This document shows, piece after piece, positions 1 to 8,309 of a DNA stretch of 12,145 nucleotides (position 1 is the stretch's first letter; each line of letters begins with the position of its first letter). The position numbers were made by a program, and so were the translations under genes. The notes under the pieces were generated by a model. It searched no databases, was not told where the DNA came from, and worked only from the letters and a program-made list of their open reading frames with translations. The DNA is from Calditrichaceae bacterium (lineage in GTDB: Bacteria; Calditrichota; Calditrichia; Calditrichales; JBFXGD01): assembly GCA_050178385.1 (NCBI GenBank), contig JBFXGD010000105.1, forward strand, positions 1 through 12,145, in the 5' to 3' direction.

Positions 1-2
1 TT

Positions 3-1109
3 ATTGATTCAAGTCCCGTATTTTCAATCCCGTCATATTCTCTGAACAGCGTGTCAGAATATCCGCTCTATCTTCTGATGGGTCTTCTCGGAGGCGTAGT
101 CGCGGTATTATTTATCAAAACGCTGTATGGAGTCGAAGATTTTTTTGAACAAAAACTGAAAGCCCCTGAATATCTCAAACCGGCCATCGGCGGGCTCTTT
201 GCCGGATTACTGGCATTTAAACTGCCTGAACTATATGGTTTTGACGATTCAGCCACATATACCGCGCTGACAGGTTATCCCGAGATGTATCTACTGCTGA
301 TTCTTATGCTGGCAAAAATACTTGCCACTTCATTCACACTCGGGTCCGGGGGAACGGGAGGGCTGTTTACACCTTCACTCTTTATCGGAGCGATGTATGG
401 AGCGCTCTTTGGTGAAATTGCCGGGTATTTTTTCCCGGAGATAACCGCTCCGCCCGGCGCTTATGCGCTGGTGGGGATGGGTGTCATTGTGGCCGGAACC
501 ATCCACGCCCCTTTATCCGCATTTTTGATCATATTTGAAGTGACGGCAAGCTATCAGATCATTTTACCTTTGATGCTGGGTACGGTCGCTGCTACACTCA
601 TCGCGAGATGGCTTGAACCTGAATCCATCTATACAATGAAAATATCCCTGTTTTCAAACCGCATTTCCGGAGGCCGGAACCTGGATATTCTTCGCAGCAC
701 AAAAATACGCGGACTGATCATCAGGGATGCGCCCGTCGTTCATGAGAACACAAGCTTCGAGAAGATACTTGACACGCTTATGAGTACCCATTATTCGGCG
801 TTTCCGGTGATTGACAAAGGCAATAAAGTAACGGGTATCATAACCCTTCGTGATATCCGGCCTGTCCTGTTTGACCGGGATGTGGCTCCGCTTTTACTCG
901 CGACAGATGTAATGAGCGCGAATATTTTTGTTCTCAAACCTGATGAAACCATGGCGGACGCCTTGCGAAAACTCGAAATAGATGACCATGAACTGCTCCC
1001 GGTTGTTGATTCCACGGAGAATATGCTGTATCTCGGTGTGGTCACCAAGGACGCTATTTTGAAACGGTACGCAAAAGAAAATCTAATGATGACGGAAAGC
1101 GGAGATTAG
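3..1109 (+). CDS. CLC-family chloride channel / Cl-/H+ antiporter with C-terminal tandem CBS domains (5'-truncated; gene starts upstream of the window)
   Basis: The frame is open from position 3 (IDSSPVFSIPSYSLNSVSEY...), so the GTG at 51 is not the true start. CLC motifs: LAKILATSFTLGSGGTGGLFTPSLFIG, YALVGMG, HAPLSAFLIIFEVT, and ESIY (central Tyr). These are followed by a CBS pair (SAFPVID...GIITLRDI; LLPVVD...LGVVTKDAIL). Confidence 0.95.
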   Translation: MDSSPVFSIPSYSLNSVSEYPLYLLMGLLGGVVAVLFIKTLYGVEDFFEQKLKAPEYLKPAIGGLFAGLLAFKLPELYGFDDSATYTALTGYPEMYLLLILMLAKILATSFTLGSGGTGGLFTPSLFIGAMYGALFGEIAGYFFPEITAPPGAYALVGMGVIVAGTIHAPLSAFLIIFEVTASYQIILPLMLGTVAATLIARWLEPESIYTMKISLFSNRISGGRNLDILRSTKIRGLIIRDAPVVHENTSFEKILDTLMSTHYSAFPVIDKGNKVTGIITLRDIRPVLFDRDVAPLLLATDVMSANIFVLKPDETMADALRKLEIDDHELLPVVDSTENMLYLGVVTKDAILKRYAKENLMMTESGD

Positions 1110-1114
1110 TTATC

Positions 1115-1906
1115 ATGCAAACCATTTCGAAAAATCAGATTCGCGAGCTGGCGAAACTGAAGCAAAAAAAATACAGAGATAGTTCGGGGACTTATTTGAT
1201 AACGGGTATCCGCGCGGTCAGCAGCGCGCTTGAAAGCGGTTCACTCTCTGCAGAACAAATTATTTTCGATGAGAGCCGTATCGATCTGACCGGCTACCCG
1301 GAACTACAGAATATACATGCATTAAATATTCCTGTATTCACTGCGGGAGAAAATGATTTCAAAAGAATTACCGATGAACAGTCCCCGCAGGGCATCGCTC
1401 TTGTGGCGCGCATTCCGCGTTTAGATTTCCTGGAAGATCCGCCCGAAGACCCGGTAATTATTTATCTGGACCGGATAAACGATCCCGGAAATCTTGGTAC
1501 CATTATAAGGACCGCTCTCTGGTTCGGCGTCAATTCTATTTTGCTAAGCCCCGGATCGGTGGATCCCTATAATCCAAAAGTCGTACGGGCATCAACCGGA
1601 TATATAGCGCATTTACGTGTATATGAGGAAGTTAATATACAAGCGCTCCGCGAATTTAGTCGTAGCCGGAATTATTCGGTCGCATCAACAATCATCGAAG
1701 GAGGAACCAGCCTTTATGATTTTAGAACCGCCGGGAAACAGATCATTTTGTTTGGCGCTGAGGCCGATGGTATCAATCCGACTTTAAATGAGGTTGCCGG
1801 ATCACAGATCACTATACCAAAACCCGGTCATGGGGAATCGCTCAACCTTGGGGTTTCGGTCGCTCTGGTTTTATATCAGATTAAAATGGCAAAAATTCAG
1901 GTTTAA
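1115..1906 (+). CDS. TrmH/SpoU-family (SPOUT) RNA 2'-O-ribose methyltransferase with N-terminal substrate-binding domain
   Basis: SPOUT motifs DRINDPGNLGTIIRTA, DPYNPKVVRAS, LFGAEADG and IPKPGHGESLNLGVS. The N-terminus (KLKQKKYR) is typical of the family. Starts 5 nt after the CLC stop. Confidence 0.95.
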   Translation: MQTISKNQIRELAKLKQKKYRDSSGTYLITGIRAVSSALESGSLSAEQIIFDESRIDLTGYPELQNIHALNIPVFTAGENDFKRITDEQSPQGIALVARIPRLDFLEDPPEDPVIIYLDRINDPGNLGTIIRTALWFGVNSILLSPGSVDPYNPKVVRASTGYIAHLRVYEEVNIQALREFSRSRNYSVASTIIEGGTSLYDFRTAGKQIILFGAEADGINPTLNEVAGSQITIPKPGHGESLNLGVSVALVLYQIKMAKIQV

Positions 1907-1922
1907 GTGAATTTTATTTTTA

Positions 1923-1950
1923 TTGATTCATTTGTAACTTATAGTATTTT
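1923..1950 (+). promoter_or_regulatory. Possible sigma70-type promoter for the aroF-CPBP pair
   Basis: The AT-rich 90-bp gap (1907-1996) contains TTGATT (1923-1928), a 16-nt spacer and TATTTT (1945-1950). A GGGAG SD-like element precedes the ATG at 1997. Weak match in AT-rich DNA. Confidence 0.3.
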
Positions 1951-1996
1951 CAGCAATCTGAATTAGAATATTAATATTTAGATTTCGGGAGACGGA

Positions 1997-3025
1997 ATGT
2001 TAGTTGTTCTGAAAAAGAATGTTTCAGAAAATGAAATATTGACGATAAAGAATGCCATTAATTCTATGGGGATTGAATCCCGTCTTATGATTAGCGGTGA
2101 AAACAAGATTATCGGTACAACCGAAGTAACTCCGGGTATTGATGATGAGCTTCTGCGCCGGCTGGGGGGAATTCAGGACATCTTCCATAGCGCGAAGCCT
2201 TATAAACTGGCAAGCAGGGATTTTCATCCCGCGGATACCATTGTCAAATTGGGCGATTATCCAATAGGTGATCAGAGTTTTACCATAATCGCGGGTCCGT
2301 GCTCAGTTGAATCAGAAGAACAGATTATGAGGACCACGGAATTTCTGGCATCCAGGGGTATAAAAATAATGCGCGGAGGAGCGTACAAACCAAGATCCAG
2401 CCCTTATTCGTTCCAGGGACTCGGGAAGGCGGGTCTTAAATTATTGTCAAATGCCGCCGCTAAATTCGATATGAAAATCGTTACCGAAGCAATGGATCCG
2501 GTAAGTCTCATGGAAGTGGACGAATTCGCTGATATGATACAGATCGGATCGAGAAATATGCAAAATTTTTCTCTTCTGAAAGCCGCCGGCAAATTAAATA
2601 AACCCGTCCTGCTAAAACGCGGTTTCTCAGCGACGCTTGAAGAACTGCTTCTCTCCGCGGAATACATATTAAGTGAAGGAAACGGAAACGTTGTTCTGTG
2701 TGAAAGAGGGGTGAGGACATTTGACAGCCAGTCCCGCAACATGCTTGATATTAACGCCGTTCCCGCGTTAAAAGAATTGACACATTTGCCGGTGCTTATC
2801 GACCCCAGCCACGCCACGGGAAACCGGGATCGCATCATTCCGCTTTCGAGAGCGGCGCTCGCTGTCGGAGCCGATGGAATAATGGTGGAAGTTCATCCGC
2901 AGCCGGATAAAGCGCTCTCAGACGGTCCGCAGTCATTGTCATTTGATGGTTTTGATCAGCTTCTCGAACAGTTAAAGCCCATCGCCCGGGCTTTGAACAC
3001 ACAGATTAGAGGAATTCATGAATAA
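1997..3025 (+). CDS. aroF: 3-deoxy-7-phosphoheptulonate (DAHP) synthase, type I-beta, with N-terminal ferredoxin/ACT-like regulatory domain
   Basis: Motifs IAGPCSVES, RGGAYKPRSSPYSFQG, QIGSRNMQNF, KPVLLKRG, LCERGVRTF, DPSHATG and EVHPQPDKALSDG. About 70 aa N-terminal extension (MLVVLK...) as in Thermotoga-type enzymes. KPRS is the DAHP synthase signature, whereas KDO8P synthase has KANRS. Confidence 0.95.
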   Translation: MLVVLKKNVSENEILTIKNAINSMGIESRLMISGENKIIGTTEVTPGIDDELLRRLGGIQDIFHSAKPYKLASRDFHPADTIVKLGDYPIGDQSFTIIAGPCSVESEEQIMRTTEFLASRGIKIMRGGAYKPRSSPYSFQGLGKAGLKLLSNAAAKFDMKIVTEAMDPVSLMEVDEFADMIQIGSRNMQNFSLLKAAGKLNKPVLLKRGFSATLEELLLSAEYILSEGNGNVVLCERGVRTFDSQSRNMLDINAVPALKELTHLPVLIDPSHATGNRDRIIPLSRAALAVGADGIMVEVHPQPDKALSDGPQSLSFDGFDQLLEQLKPIARALNTQIRGIHE

Positions 3026-3830
3026 CAAATCTTATCCTGAACCGGTTGAAGCGCTGATACTTGTGCTGGCAGTGTTTGCCGGCCTGATTCTTTTGGCGGC
3101 GGTCTATGCGTTCATATCCGGCACACTGGTATCACCGGAATCAATCGAGAAAAATACCAGACTATTTTTTATTTTTGGCGGAAGCCTTTTTCTGATTATA
3201 CCCTTGCTGTATTCACGCGCGAAGAAATATCCCATTCAGTCACTTTTCCGTTTTAATCCGGTTTCTCCGGAAGTCATTCTTCTCAGCATAACAACCGGCA
3301 TTTCGCTCAGCGTTGTCGGTGATGAACTTGACCGTCTGTTGAGCAGGATCATACCCATTCCGGAATGGATCCTTGAACAGATGCGTCCGCTTGTGGTCGA
3401 AGGATGGACAGATTGGGCGCTTGTTATCGGCGGGGCGGTATTCGTCGCGGCAATTGCCGAGGAAGGGTTATTCAGGGGTTTTTTTCAGGTAACTCTGGAA
3501 AAAAAGGGCGATGCGACACGGGCAGTGATGCTTTCATCTCTGACCTGGACCATTATCCACATGAATCCTTACTGGGCGATTCAGATCTTTGTTATGGGGA
3601 TTATTATGGGATTTCTTGCCTGGCGGACGGATTCTATCATACCATCCATCATTGTGCACGGAACAAATAATTTTCTGGCTCTGATTATTATTAATTATAA
3701 AATTGATGAAAAAGCGGAATGGTATCTCTGGGGAGAACATGTATCGCCGGTTGTATTTATCGCGGCCCTCGCGGTTCTCGTGATATCTATCCGCCTGATT
3801 TCACAGTTTTATCAGCAGTCTCAGGAGTAA
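3018..3830 (+). CDS. CPBP-family (Abi / type II CAAX) intramembrane glutamic endopeptidase
   Basis: Multiple hydrophobic helices. Motif 1 EExxxR (AEEGLFRG), motif 2 variant WTIIH and motif HxxxN (VHGTNN). Start overlaps the aroF stop by 8 nt (ATGAATAA). Confidence 0.9.
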   Translation: MNNKSYPEPVEALILVLAVFAGLILLAAVYAFISGTLVSPESIEKNTRLFFIFGGSLFLIIPLLYSRAKKYPIQSLFRFNPVSPEVILLSITTGISLSVVGDELDRLLSRIIPIPEWILEQMRPLVVEGWTDWALVIGGAVFVAAIAEEGLFRGFFQVTLEKKGDATRAVMLSSLTWTIIHMNPYWAIQIFVMGIIMGFLAWRTDSIIPSIIVHGTNNFLALIIINYKIDEKAEWYLWGEHVSPVVFIAALAVLVISIRLISQFYQQSQE

Positions 3831-4464
3831 TTTCCTTCTCCTTCTTTCGGATAATCTTCATCAATACCTGCTCGGCGTTTATTACATCCATAGCGCTGGC
3901 ATTGTGCAGCGAATCCCATACGGCCTGCGGAGAAACACCTTCCTGCTCCGCTACACGCTCGTAGGTTCCCATCTCTTTGTATTTCCAGTATCGCTTAAAA
4001 TTGGTCTCGCTCCAGCGTCCCTTTATGGCATAAATCAACTGATAAAAAGTGTTAATATTTAAATCGAACCAATCGTCACCTGTACTAAACTGAACCACGC
4101 ATTTTTTCTTTTTACAGGTATTGAGCGCCGCGTTGGCGCGATGAAACGCGCGTCCGTCCATCTCAATCGGAATATTACTGCCCATTTTCTGGATGCTGCC
4201 GTAACCAATCCCGTAACGCATAATCAGCGGAAACAGAAGACGTTCGAACTCCATCATGACCGCATGCACATCCGCCACATTAAGCAAAACACCCTGAAAT
4301 TCATCACCCTTTGTGATCATGAACGGGGCATCTATACAATCGGCCCAGTTCTCGTTTACCTGAACAATCGCAGATTTCAGAAATAGCTGCCATTCGTACC
4401 TCTCCCTGTCGTGCATCTTTCGGGAACCTTTAATGTCGGCAATAATTACAGCATAAGGATTCAT
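3787..4464 (-). CDS. SatD-family protein (nucleotide-cyclase/GGDEF-like palm domain plus C-terminal helix-turn-helix)
   Basis: Family-typical blocks AVIIADIKGSR, FMITKGDEFQG, RYGIGYG and MDGRAFHRA. C-terminal HTH-like TYERVAEQEGVSPQAVWDSL. Confidence 0.85.
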   Translation of the reverse strand: MNPYAVIIADIKGSRKMHDRERYEWQLFLKSAIVQVNENWADCIDAPFMITKGDEFQGVLLNVADVHAVMMEFERLLFPLIMRYGIGYGSIQKMGSNIPIEMDGRAFHRANAALNTCKKKKCVVQFSTGDDWFDLNINTFYQLIYAIKGRWSETNFKRYWKYKEMGTYERVAEQEGVSPQAVWDSLHNASAMDVINAEQVLMKIIRKKEKEITPETADKTVKSGG

Positions 4465-5015
4465 GATAGCACCCAGCCAATTTTATACTCTGCGGTTATA
4501 TCGGTGATCCTCCTTATTTCGGTTTTTACTTTTTTTGCTCCGCATAATCTCAAACCTTCTTCAATAAAACCCAGTTCACTGAGACGAACCGATTCAAGAA
4601 ACGTTTGCCCGTAATCGATACTCACAGAATAAGAATTCGAATCAAGATCTTTAATTCTCATTTCTCCGCTTCCTATCAAAATCTTTCGCATATTTGACAT
4701 CTGTCTTAAAAAACCGCGTGGATTTCTGTCATCCATGTAAATCTGAAAGTAGCGGTGCATCAAATGACCCGCGTTCCAGTTACCAAGTAAAATAAAAGAT
4801 GATTCGTCATTGGCAAAAAATTCTTTCTGAATGTACTCATCGATTATTTTTAGATATTCTTCAGGATATTCTTTTGAAATACCAATCGGCTGAGTCAATT
4901 GATCTTTATCTTCACTTTTGACACTATCAAAAAATTGAATCAGTTTTTCCCGCCCGTATGTCTTTTCTATATAATCGAAACGCGATAAAATAACCAAGCC
5001 CTTAATTCCGCCCAT
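4461..5015 (-). CDS. Hypothetical protein of probable H-NOX/V4R-like fold (resembles DUF2378/TIGR02265 proteins)
   Basis: 184-aa ORF in the operon. N-terminal IKGLVILSRFDYIEKTYGREK, then YPEE, GNWNA, PRGFL and GFIEEGLRLCGAK, a pattern seen in H-NOX-like and DUF2378 proteins. The stop overlaps the SatD start (ATGA). The gene is well supported, the fold assignment less so. Confidence 0.6.
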   Translation of the reverse strand: MGGIKGLVILSRFDYIEKTYGREKLIQFFDSVKSEDKDQLTQPIGISKEYPEEYLKIIDEYIQKEFFANDESSFILLGNWNAGHLMHRYFQIYMDDRNPRGFLRQMSNMRKILIGSGEMRIKDLDSNSYSVSIDYGQTFLESVRLSELGFIEEGLRLCGAKKVKTEIRRITDITAEYKIGWVLS

Positions 5016-5042
5016 ACCGTTTCACTTTCCTTCACAAAAAGA

Positions 5043-6218
5043 TTAAAATATTTGATTTAAAATCATTCCCTTTATTTTTTCCGTGTCACACTCCGCCGCA
5101 ATCCCCTGGGCAAATCCTTCAGGCCCGCCTCCGCGAAGATTGAGGGACGCGCCATGGGTTTTCAAAAAGTTTTGAGTGCTGAATTTTGAATCCGCCGGCG
5201 CTGTCAGATAAAAACGATCAGCAAATGTCATGAATGCTATTTTTGCAAACTTTCCGGACAATGTCCTGGCCAGATCCTGAGCGTCAGCCGGTTTACCTTC
5301 GGATAACCGGTGAACAATCAGAATACTGCCCGGGTCAGATTCATTAATGATGTCCTGACATTTACTGTCAATATAAGTTTGCCGGTAAAATTCCACATCT
5401 TTCCCGAGCTGTTCCACATCACTTTTCAGTCCCTGTACCCTTTCGACAATATGCTCTGTTTCGGAACTTAATTGATTTCTCAAACCGGTATTAAGCACAT
5501 GCAGCTGCTCAAAATAATCATCTGCTTTCTGGCCAATAAACGCTTTGATTCTCGCTCTGCCGCGTATTTTTTCCAGAGCGGTTATTTTAATATATCCTAT
5601 TTCCGCCGTATTTTTTACATGCGTTCCGCCGCAGGCTGAATAATCAATTTTTTCAATCTCAACCAGGCGAAGTGTTTGCCAGTCCCCGGCAGGCCTCCGC
5701 AGCGGAAATTTGTGGATATCTTCACGGCTGACCCACTGCCAGGATACCGGTACAGACTGACGAATGTACGCGTTGCTTTGTTCTTCAGCTTTTTTAAGCA
5801 GTCCGTCAACAGGCCACGCACCTTCAACTTCGATCAAAGTGTAGGAATCACCAAGGTGTACCGACACGGTTTTTTGTCCCAGTTGATCGAGCACATGAGA
5901 AAGAAGATGCTGACCGGTATGCTGCTGCATATTATACAATCGTTTTTGCCGGTCGATTTCCATACCTATATTATCACCAATCGAAAAATCAGAATCAGGA
6001 GCGAGACAGTGCCAAATTTGTTCATCTTCAATCCGGATACCGTTTATGGGTATACCATTTATTCTTCCTTCATCCCTGGATTGTCCGCCTCCCCCGGGAT
6101 AAAAAATCGTCCGGTCTGGAAGAACCCAAATACCATCCTTATCCATTTGTACATCAAGGATGGCGGCTTCAATCTGATGACAATCGCTGTCCTGATAATA
6201 TACTTTTTCTGTATTCAT
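5043..6218 (-). CDS. Alanyl-tRNA editing protein AlaX-L (free-standing AlaRS editing domain with C-Ala/DHHA1 domain)
   Basis: Gly-rich N-terminal DRTIFYPGGGGQSRDEG, Zn-binding HxxxH (QQHTGQHLLS) and CxxxH (SACGGTH), a coiled-coil linker and C-terminal RGGGPEGFAQG. There is no aminoacylation domain. Confidence 0.92.
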   Translation of the reverse strand: MNTEKVYYQDSDCHQIEAAILDVQMDKDGIWVLPDRTIFYPGGGGQSRDEGRINGIPINGIRIEDEQIWHCLAPDSDFSIGDNIGMEIDRQKRLYNMQQHTGQHLLSHVLDQLGQKTVSVHLGDSYTLIEVEGAWPVDGLLKKAEEQSNAYIRQSVPVSWQWVSREDIHKFPLRRPAGDWQTLRLVEIEKIDYSACGGTHVKNTAEIGYIKITALEKIRGRARIKAFIGQKADDYFEQLHVLNTGLRNQLSSETEHIVERVQGLKSDVEQLGKDVEFYRQTYIDSKCQDIINESDPGSILIVHRLSEGKPADAQDLARTLSGKFAKIAFMTFADRFYLTAPADSKFSTQNFLKTHGASLNLRGGGPEGFAQGIAAECDTEKIKGMILNQIF

Positions 6219-6253
6219 CTCATTCCAATGATTGCTTAGCTTTCGGTGATTTT

Positions 6254-7669
6254 TTAAAGTTTGAAGTACTGATCAAACTTTAAGTCAAAATTTTCAGGTT
6301 TATATTCCCCGGTACACTTTTCCTGTCTGTATTTACCCTTGAATTCATCTCTGGCAATTTTTTCGATCATTTCAATAAACTGATCGATTTCCGATTCATC
6401 GTTATACATGCCAAAACTCATTCTTACCGCGCCCGGGATAAGACTGCGGTCTTTATGAAGAATACGCTCCTCCAGCTGCAAATTCTCATCAACCGTAACA
6501 CCTAGCAGGCATTTAATGTAAGGATGAGCGCAAAAACATCCATTTCGAACTCCGACACCGCTTTCATAATTCATTATAGCCGCGACAAGCGCGTGGTCTT
6601 TGTTCAGAAGATTAAATGAAATCACACCAAGACGATTTTCCGCTTCTGATTCATCTATGGAACCGTAAATCATCATTCCCGGAATTTTTTTCATTTTCTT
6701 GAGCGAGTACGCCGTAAGCCTTGCTTCATGCGCGGCGATTTGATCCATTCCGATTTCCGAAACAACCTGCAGGGCTTTTGCAAGAGCGATCGCCCCCACG
6801 ACATTTGGAGTACCGGCTTCTTCTTTCTCCGGAACATCAGTCCAGAACACATGATCAATAGAGACAATATCCACGGTGCCTCCACCGACATAGTCAGGAC
6901 TGCCTTCGGAGAATGCCTTGCGATTTGCAACCAGAACACCCAGACCGAATGGCGCGTAAATTTTATGAGCGGAAAACGCCAGATAGTCAATATGCGCGGG
7001 ATCATCCTGCGCGCCCATATCAATGGCACGGTGCGGGGCAAGCTGCGCCGCGTCCACCATTAATTCCGCGCCGTGAGCATGTACCATGCGCGCGATATCT
7101 TTCATGGGATTGATAAAACCGGTTACATTTGATGCTCCGGTAATCGCCACCAGCTGAATGCGTCCTTCATACTTATCCAGTTTTTGTTTTAGATCATCCA
7201 TATTCAGACGTCCGCTTCCGTCAACATCTACATGCACCACCTTAGCGCGCATTCTCCATGGCAAATCATTAGAATGATGCTCCATCTTCGAAACGAGAAT
7301 GACACTATCATCTCTTAATGGTATTCTCCGCGCCAGTTTATTTATGGCCTCTGTCGCGTTTTTTCCGAATATAATGGTGTGTTCATCATCGTGGACATTA
7401 AAAAATTGTCTGACAATATCTCTGCTCTGCTCATACAGATGTGTGCTTAACTGTGATTTAAATCCTGTACCGCGATGAATGCTCGAATACCAGTTCATAA
7501 ATTCATTTACGGTATCTAATACAGGCCTGAGCGTTGGTGTGCTTGCAGCATTGTCAAAATTAATATATCTCTTACTCTCCCCGTTCAGAAGAGGAACAGA
7601 TTTATCATAGCCTACAATATATGATTTGATACTATCAAGATTGTATTTTCCGTTGGCTCCAGTGAACAT
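6254..7669 (-). CDS. Class V PLP-dependent enzyme, cysteine desulfurase / selenocysteine lyase-like
   Basis: INFDNAASTP, KNATEAIN, MEHHSNDLPW, TGASNVTG, VDAAQ, PLP lysine in FSAHKIYAPFG, EAGTPN, catalytic-Cys loop RNGCFCAHP, and VRMSFGMYN. GGAGGT SD-like sequence upstream (7673-7678). Confidence 0.9.
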   Translation of the reverse strand: MFTGANGKYNLDSIKSYIVGYDKSVPLLNGESKRYINFDNAASTPTLRPVLDTVNEFMNWYSSIHRGTGFKSQLSTHLYEQSRDIVRQFFNVHDDEHTIIFGKNATEAINKLARRIPLRDDSVILVSKMEHHSNDLPWRMRAKVVHVDVDGSGRLNMDDLKQKLDKYEGRIQLVAITGASNVTGFINPMKDIARMVHAHGAELMVDAAQLAPHRAIDMGAQDDPAHIDYLAFSAHKIYAPFGLGVLVANRKAFSEGSPDYVGGGTVDIVSIDHVFWTDVPEKEEAGTPNVVGAIALAKALQVVSEIGMDQIAAHEARLTAYSLKKMKKIPGMMIYGSIDESEAENRLGVISFNLLNKDHALVAAIMNYESGVGVRNGCFCAHPYIKCLLGVTVDENLQLEERILHKDRSLIPGAVRMSFGMYNDESEIDQFIEMIEKIARDEFKGKYRQEKCTGEYKPENFDLKFDQYFKL

Positions 7670-7721
7670 AATACCTCCGGATGTGCGGATTTAATGATTA
7701 TTCTTATTTTTCACATAACTC

Positions 7722-8294
7722 TCAGCCAATGAAATAAAATCTCATCGCGAAAACCATGAGAACGGCAAATTGCGCGTAAAAGGTGCTGCGCTCTGATTTT
7801 ATCGCGCCTTTTACATCTGGAATAAAATCTGACTTATTTTTATATGGTACCAGCTTCGGAAAAAATCTCGGAACATTTTCGAAATACTGCGAATATTCCT
7901 TACCGAATATTTCACTGAGTTTTCCTTCTTCCAGTTTTACAATAAAGTGATACTGTACAAGAGAGAAAATGAACATCAGGATCAGCGAATATGGCAGTAA
8001 GCTCCCGCTAAGAATCATAACACCGTTATACATTAACATATTACCCAGATACAAGGGATTTCTTACGAAGGCAAACGGACCGTTGGTCACAAGCTTTTTC
8101 GCGCCGACATTTCTTGTTCTTGTGGCGCCGCCGGCATAACTTACCCCCCATACTCGAATGACTTCCCCCAATATCACCATAAACACTCCGGTGAAGAACA
8201 AAATACTGTTGGGCTCAGCCCAGATTAAAGCAACAATTATAAAAGGGACAGGCAGATAGCCGCGTGTTTTGAATAGAATTTCTCCGAATTTCAA
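7722..8294 (-). CDS. Isoprenylcysteine carboxyl methyltransferase (ICMT/Ste14/PEMT) family membrane methyltransferase
   Basis: Hydrophobic protein with LVTNGPFAFVRNPLYLG, EEGKLSEIFGKEYSQY and VPRFFP, which are ICMT-family SAM-binding motifs. TTG start with AAGGA 6 nt upstream. Confidence 0.88.
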   Translation of the reverse strand: MKFGEILFKTRGYLPVPFIIVALIWAEPNSILFFTGVFMVILGEVIRVWGVSYAGGATRTRNVGAKKLVTNGPFAFVRNPLYLGNMLMYNGVMILSGSLLPYSLILMFIFSLVQYHFIVKLEEGKLSEIFGKEYSQYFENVPRFFPKLVPYKNKSDFIPDVKGAIKSERSTFYAQFAVLMVFAMRFYFIG

Positions 8295-8309
8295 TTGAGA
8301 TCCTTTCGA

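Noticed and set aside
68..1048. Minus-strand ORFs 68-256 and 791-1048, and GTG 51 as the CLC start
   Set aside because: The ORFs are antisense shadows. The CLC frame is open to the window edge and lacks the N-terminal GSGIP/GREGP motifs, so the gene starts upstream.
1967..1978. Palindrome AATATTAATATT upstream of aroF
   Set aside because: It is all A/T in an AT-rich gap and likely arises by chance. No attenuator leader peptide or terminator hairpin is visible.
2024..2838. Minus-strand ORFs 2024-2227, 2404-2838 and 2508-2720
   Set aside because: They lie entirely antisense to aroF and look like shadow ORFs.
3018..4464. CPBP ('Abi') plus SatD cyclase-like gene read as an anti-phage, CBASS-like system
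   Set aside because: The Abi label for CPBP proteases is historical, the genes are convergent rather than co-transcribed, and there is no effector or defence-island context.
3404..4614. Short ORFs 3404-3670, 3534-3740, 3719-3964, 4141-4386 and 4411-4614
   Set aside because: They overlap CPBP, SatD or the H-NOX-like gene in other frames and have no motif support.
5676..6239. 187-aa + strand ORF (and 5615-5827 on the - strand)
   Set aside because: Antisense or alternative-frame shadows of the well-supported AlaX gene, with no recognisable motifs.
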